A stretch of DNA of 64,000 nt from the NCBI GenBank assembly GCA_963796455.1, contig CAWCLO010000004.1:512001-576000 (forward strand), in the 5' to 3' direction. The notes beneath the pieces are model-generated. The model made no database searches. It saw only the letters and a list, made by a program, of their open reading frames with translations, and was not told the DNA's origin. Shown in pieces: positions 61,085 to 64,000 of this stretch. A program made the translations under genes and the position numbers. The stretch's first letter is position 1, and every line of letters starts with the position of its first letter. Source of the DNA: Candidatus Sulfomarinibacteraceae bacterium. Its GTDB lineage: Bacteria; Acidobacteriota; Thermoanaerobaculia; Thermoanaerobaculales; Sulfomarinibacteraceae.

Positions 61085-61570
61085 ATGAACGACACGATCA
61101 AGCTCGTCATCTCGATCGCCGTCCCTGTGGCGGTTGGAGGTCTTTCCGGATTCGCCACGGCTCGTGGGGTCGCCAACTGGTATCCCACCCTGACGAAGCC
61201 GCCGTTCAACCCACCCTCCTGGGTCTTCGGTCCGGTCTGGACCGTCCTCTACATCATGATGGGAGTGGCCGCGTTTCTGGTTTGGCGCAAAGGTCTCGAC
61301 GCCGACGGAGTCAAAATGGCGCTGACGGTTTTCGCGATCCAGCTCGTCCTCAACGGGCTCTGGTCCATCCTGTTCTTCGGTATGCAGGCGCCCGGTTGGG
61401 CGCTGTTCGAAATCATCCTGCTCTGGATCGCCATCGGGGTGACCACGGTTCTGTTTTGGCGGGTGGTTCCGTTGGCGGGCGCCCTGTTGCTGCCGTACTG
61501 GGCCTGGGTCAGCTTCGCCGCGGTTCTCAACGCCTCCTTGTGGTGGCTCAACCGCCCGCCTGGGGGTTGA
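61085..61570 (+). CDS. tspO: TspO/MBR tryptophan-rich sensory protein
   Basis: WYPTLTKPPFNPPSWVFGPVWTVLY, QLVLNGLWS..FFG, LLPYWAWVSFA. Confidence 0.95.
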   Translation: MNDTIKLVISIAVPVAVGGLSGFATARGVANWYPTLTKPPFNPPSWVFGPVWTVLYIMMGVAAFLVWRKGLDADGVKMALTVFAIQLVLNGLWSILFFGMQAPGWALFEIILLWIAIGVTTVLFWRVVPLAGALLLPYWAWVSFAAVLNASLWWLNRPPGG

Positions 61571-61618
61571 TACACCGCCGTTTGGAAGGACCGGAGCCGG
61601 TTCGGTGTTGTCAGGGAC

Positions 61619-62026
61619 ATGAACATGCCAATCTTTCTCAAACTCTACGCCATCGCCGTCGTCACCTTCTTCGTCATTGATCTCCTCTGGTTGGGGGTGG
61701 TTGCCCGTTCCTTCTACCAGAACCAGATGGGCCACCTCATGCGGGCCGACGTCAACTGGGCCGCGGCCATCGTCTTCTATCTTTTATTCGTCGTCGGGAT
61801 CGTCGTGCTCGCCGTCTGGCCTGCTGTTGAGCGCCAGAGCCTCAGCCACGCAATTGCCCTCGGCGCACTTCTCGGCCTCGTCACCTACGCCGCCTACGAT
61901 CTCACCAACCTCGCGACCCTCGATGGTTTTCCTTTCAAGGTGGTGTTGGTCGATATGGTTTGGGGGACGGTGTTGTGTGGGTCGGTGAGCGCGGTGACCT
62001 ATCTTGCCTCGACGCGGTTGCTTTGA
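61619..62026 (+). CDS. DUF2177 family membrane protein
   Basis: IDLLWLG, YAAYDLTNLATL, VDMVWG. Confidence 0.88.
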   Translation: MNMPIFLKLYAIAVVTFFVIDLLWLGVVARSFYQNQMGHLMRADVNWAAAIVFYLLFVVGIVVLAVWPAVERQSLSHAIALGALLGLVTYAAYDLTNLATLDGFPFKVVLVDMVWGTVLCGSVSAVTYLASTRLL

Positions 62027-62050
62027 GTCACGGTTTCCGCAGTCCGGACG

Positions 62051-62689
62051 TCAACGCCCGAGCGCCTTGAGGATCCGTTGGGGCGAGTACCCTGCGATGG
62101 CGCTGTCGCCAATGACGACGGTCGGATAGGCAACCTTGCCGGTAAGTCGCCTCATCTCGGCTTCTGCCCGGTCCTGCTCAGCTTGTGGCAGCCGGTCCAC
62201 CTCGGTGATTGAAGCGGAGATGCCGTTCTCAGCGAGAAATTTCTTCAATTGCTTGCAGTAAGTACACCATGTGGCTGAAAAAACCATGACGTTTTGATTT
62301 CGATTTTTCTTGACCTCGGCGGTCTCGGCGTCCGTGCCACCTGACTCTTTCGGCTTTGTCTTGGCCAACCCGCTGCCGACACTGAGAGTTCCTGCCGCCT
62401 TGGCCGTGGGAGCCTGGGCGTTGGCGGCGCGCGTCTTTTCGAGGTCGACCGCGGAGGTCGCCAGGACCCGGTTGGTTCCGCCGGGTTCCATATAGCGGAG
62501 CTTGCCGAATGCGCTGACGGGTTTTGTTCGAGCGGGAATTCGCTGACCGTTTTTCAAGACAACGACATAGGTCGGCTTAGGTTCCTTCTTTTCGTCAGAG
62601 CTCTCCTGCGTGTGCGCAACCGGGACGAGCCCCGACATGCCGAAGAGCAGCGCAGCAAGTGGAACCAGCCTTTTCATGTTGCTCATCAT
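62051..62689 (-). CDS. Glutaredoxin-domain protein with signal peptide
   Basis: FSATWCTYC, YPTVVIG..GYS; N-terminal signal peptide and small extra domain. Confidence 0.82.
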   Translation of the reverse strand: MMSNMKRLVPLAALLFGMSGLVPVAHTQESSDEKKEPKPTYVVVLKNGQRIPARTKPVSAFGKLRYMEPGGTNRVLATSAVDLEKTRAANAQAPTAKAAGTLSVGSGLAKTKPKESGGTDAETAEVKKNRNQNVMVFSATWCTYCKQLKKFLAENGISASITEVDRLPQAEQDRAEAEMRRLTGKVAYPTVVIGDSAIAGYSPQRILKALGR

Positions 62690-62826
62690 GGTGAATGCCC
62701 TTCAGATCTTCCCTTCCAATCTTGTCATACCGCATCGCTTGGAAACGCCTCGCCCGTGTTTGTCGAGATTCTGGTCGATTGACACGGGTGGCGCGAGCTT
62801 GCAGTGTTTCGGATGCCTGCCCCGCG

Positions 62827-63360
62827 CTACCGAATGGGATCCGGGCAATACTCACGCCGGCCGCAACCCGGGCAGTGGTTGCCCAGATAGAGCTCGTCGA
62901 GTTCACCCATCAACTCCTGGATGACATCGCATTCGTCGGTCAGAAAGCCTGCCTCGAAGTTTCTGTTTTTTGCCGCCTTGGCACCGATTCCTGCTCCGGT
63001 GAGGTTTGCTGAGCCTACATACGCCAGGTGCCCGTCCACCACGACGACCTTCATGTGCATGCGTGGGCACAAGATGCGCTCGAACCGGTTGCTGGTCGTC
63101 AAAACGGGAAATCGGTCGAAGTCCTCCCGGAAAGACGGTCCAGGTTCCTTGGCGTGGAACAGGCGAATGGCGACACCGTCCTCGAGCAGATCTGAAAATA
63201 CCGAAAGTAGCGGAATGAACCGTTTGCCGTCGCCGGCAACGTGGAGGTTTTTCAAGTCGGCGGTGGCGATCCAGAGGTACTGTTTCGCCGATGGAACGAC
63301 CTCGGTGATGACGCGCTCGTAGTGTGACCGATTGAGGACCAGTTCGTACATGGTAGCCAT
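62827..63360 (-). CDS. Single-HKD phospholipase D-family protein
   Basis: MHMKVVVVDG..VGSANLT..RNFEAG; Cys-rich tail HCPGCGRREYC. Confidence 0.88.
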   Translation of the reverse strand: MATMYELVLNRSHYERVITEVVPSAKQYLWIATADLKNLHVAGDGKRFIPLLSVFSDLLEDGVAIRLFHAKEPGPSFREDFDRFPVLTTSNRFERILCPRMHMKVVVVDGHLAYVGSANLTGAGIGAKAAKNRNFEAGFLTDECDVIQELMGELDELYLGNHCPGCGRREYCPDPIR

Positions 63361-63410
63361 CGATTGTATATGGAGCCTGAGCGACTCCCCACCAGCCCAA
63401 TCTCTGCAGA

Positions 63411-64000
63411 CTAAAACTTCAACGTGAACAAGGTTGTCCCGTACTTCATCGTCGGTTGCATGGACTCGGCCGGTCCCTTGTAGCGGTCGGGCACCGAGTC
63501 CCAGCCCTCGTAGATGCTGCCGGCGACGAAGACGCGCTGCTTCTCTTCAGGGAGATCGGGCTCCTTGCCAAAGACATCGTAGACCGAGCCGGGCGGCACC
63601 TGGCCGATGTTGTCGCCGAGAGTGACCAACTCGTCGAGGCCGTCGCCGTCGATGTCGGCCTTGATCCAGCCCACCTGGAGAATGGCGGCATAGGTGCCGT
63701 CGCTGAGCATGCCGCGGATTTCGGTGTTGAAGGCGTCAACCATTTCCCGCGCTTCGGGCAGGTCGCGCCGGATTGCGAAGTGCAGCGTGCGGCGGCCCAT
63801 CGGTGTGCTGCCGATCTCGAGGTTGGCGGCGACCTCATCGGGTTGGTGGGTCGCCAGATATCGCATCACCAATTCGTCAACCAGCATGTACTCGACCTCT
63901 TCCGCCAGCAATTTGCTGAGGCTGTCCTGGTCGTTGCGGGAGTTGATGAAGTGGACGCCGACCGCGTTCTCGATCTCCTGTCCGTAGGCATAACGCCCCA
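63411..64000 (-). CDS. Family 3 (polar amino acid) substrate-binding domain protein, partial
   Basis: Frame is open to the window edge: GRYAYG..LSKLL..VEYMLVD..LHFAI..FNTEIRGMLSDGTYAAIL, then a non-SBP extension. Confidence 0.75.
   Translation of the reverse strand, partial: GRYAYGQEIENAVGVHFINSRNDQDSLSKLLAEEVEYMLVDELVMRYLATHQPDEVAANLEIGSTPMGRRTLHFAIRRDLPEAREMVDAFNTEIRGMLSDGTYAAILQVGWIKADIDGDGLDELVTLGDNIGQVPPGSVYDVFGKEPDLPEEKQRVFVAGSIYEGWDSVPDRYKGPAESMQPTMKYGTTLFTLKF

Overview
GC-rich bacterial chromosomal window with about 47 protein-coding genes. I saw no rRNA, tRNA, CRISPR array, transposase or prophage genes. The gene families (Oar-like TonB receptor, three eukaryote-like Ser/Thr kinases with TolB/PD40 or TPR output domains, a 'PAATLL' secreted protein, Tat-exported DUF362s) suggest an Acidobacteriota genome, probably Thermoanaerobaculia-like; this is inference. 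The dominant theme is exported peptide and amide hydrolysis: M1, two M3A, M3B, M14, M28, S9, S41, two class-C serine hydrolases, a D-aminoacylase and an arginase-like protein, essentially all with signal or lipoprotein peptides. Five genes carry frameshifts, mostly at short homopolymers, which look more like long-read consensus errors than decay. The least explained signals are (i) a modular intergenic repeat family with conserved, mutually complementary arms around exchangeable cores, plus solitary arm and core copies (3210, 21487, 30440, 50175); (ii) a Tat-exported FMN alpha-hydroxy-acid oxidase with a CxxCH motif in its variable loop; (iii) a near-consensus sigma70 promoter and three-hairpin leader before an acidic secreted protein; and (iv) an exported arginase-like protein lacking two canonical histidines. 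Family calls come from motif recognition only; no database searches were run.
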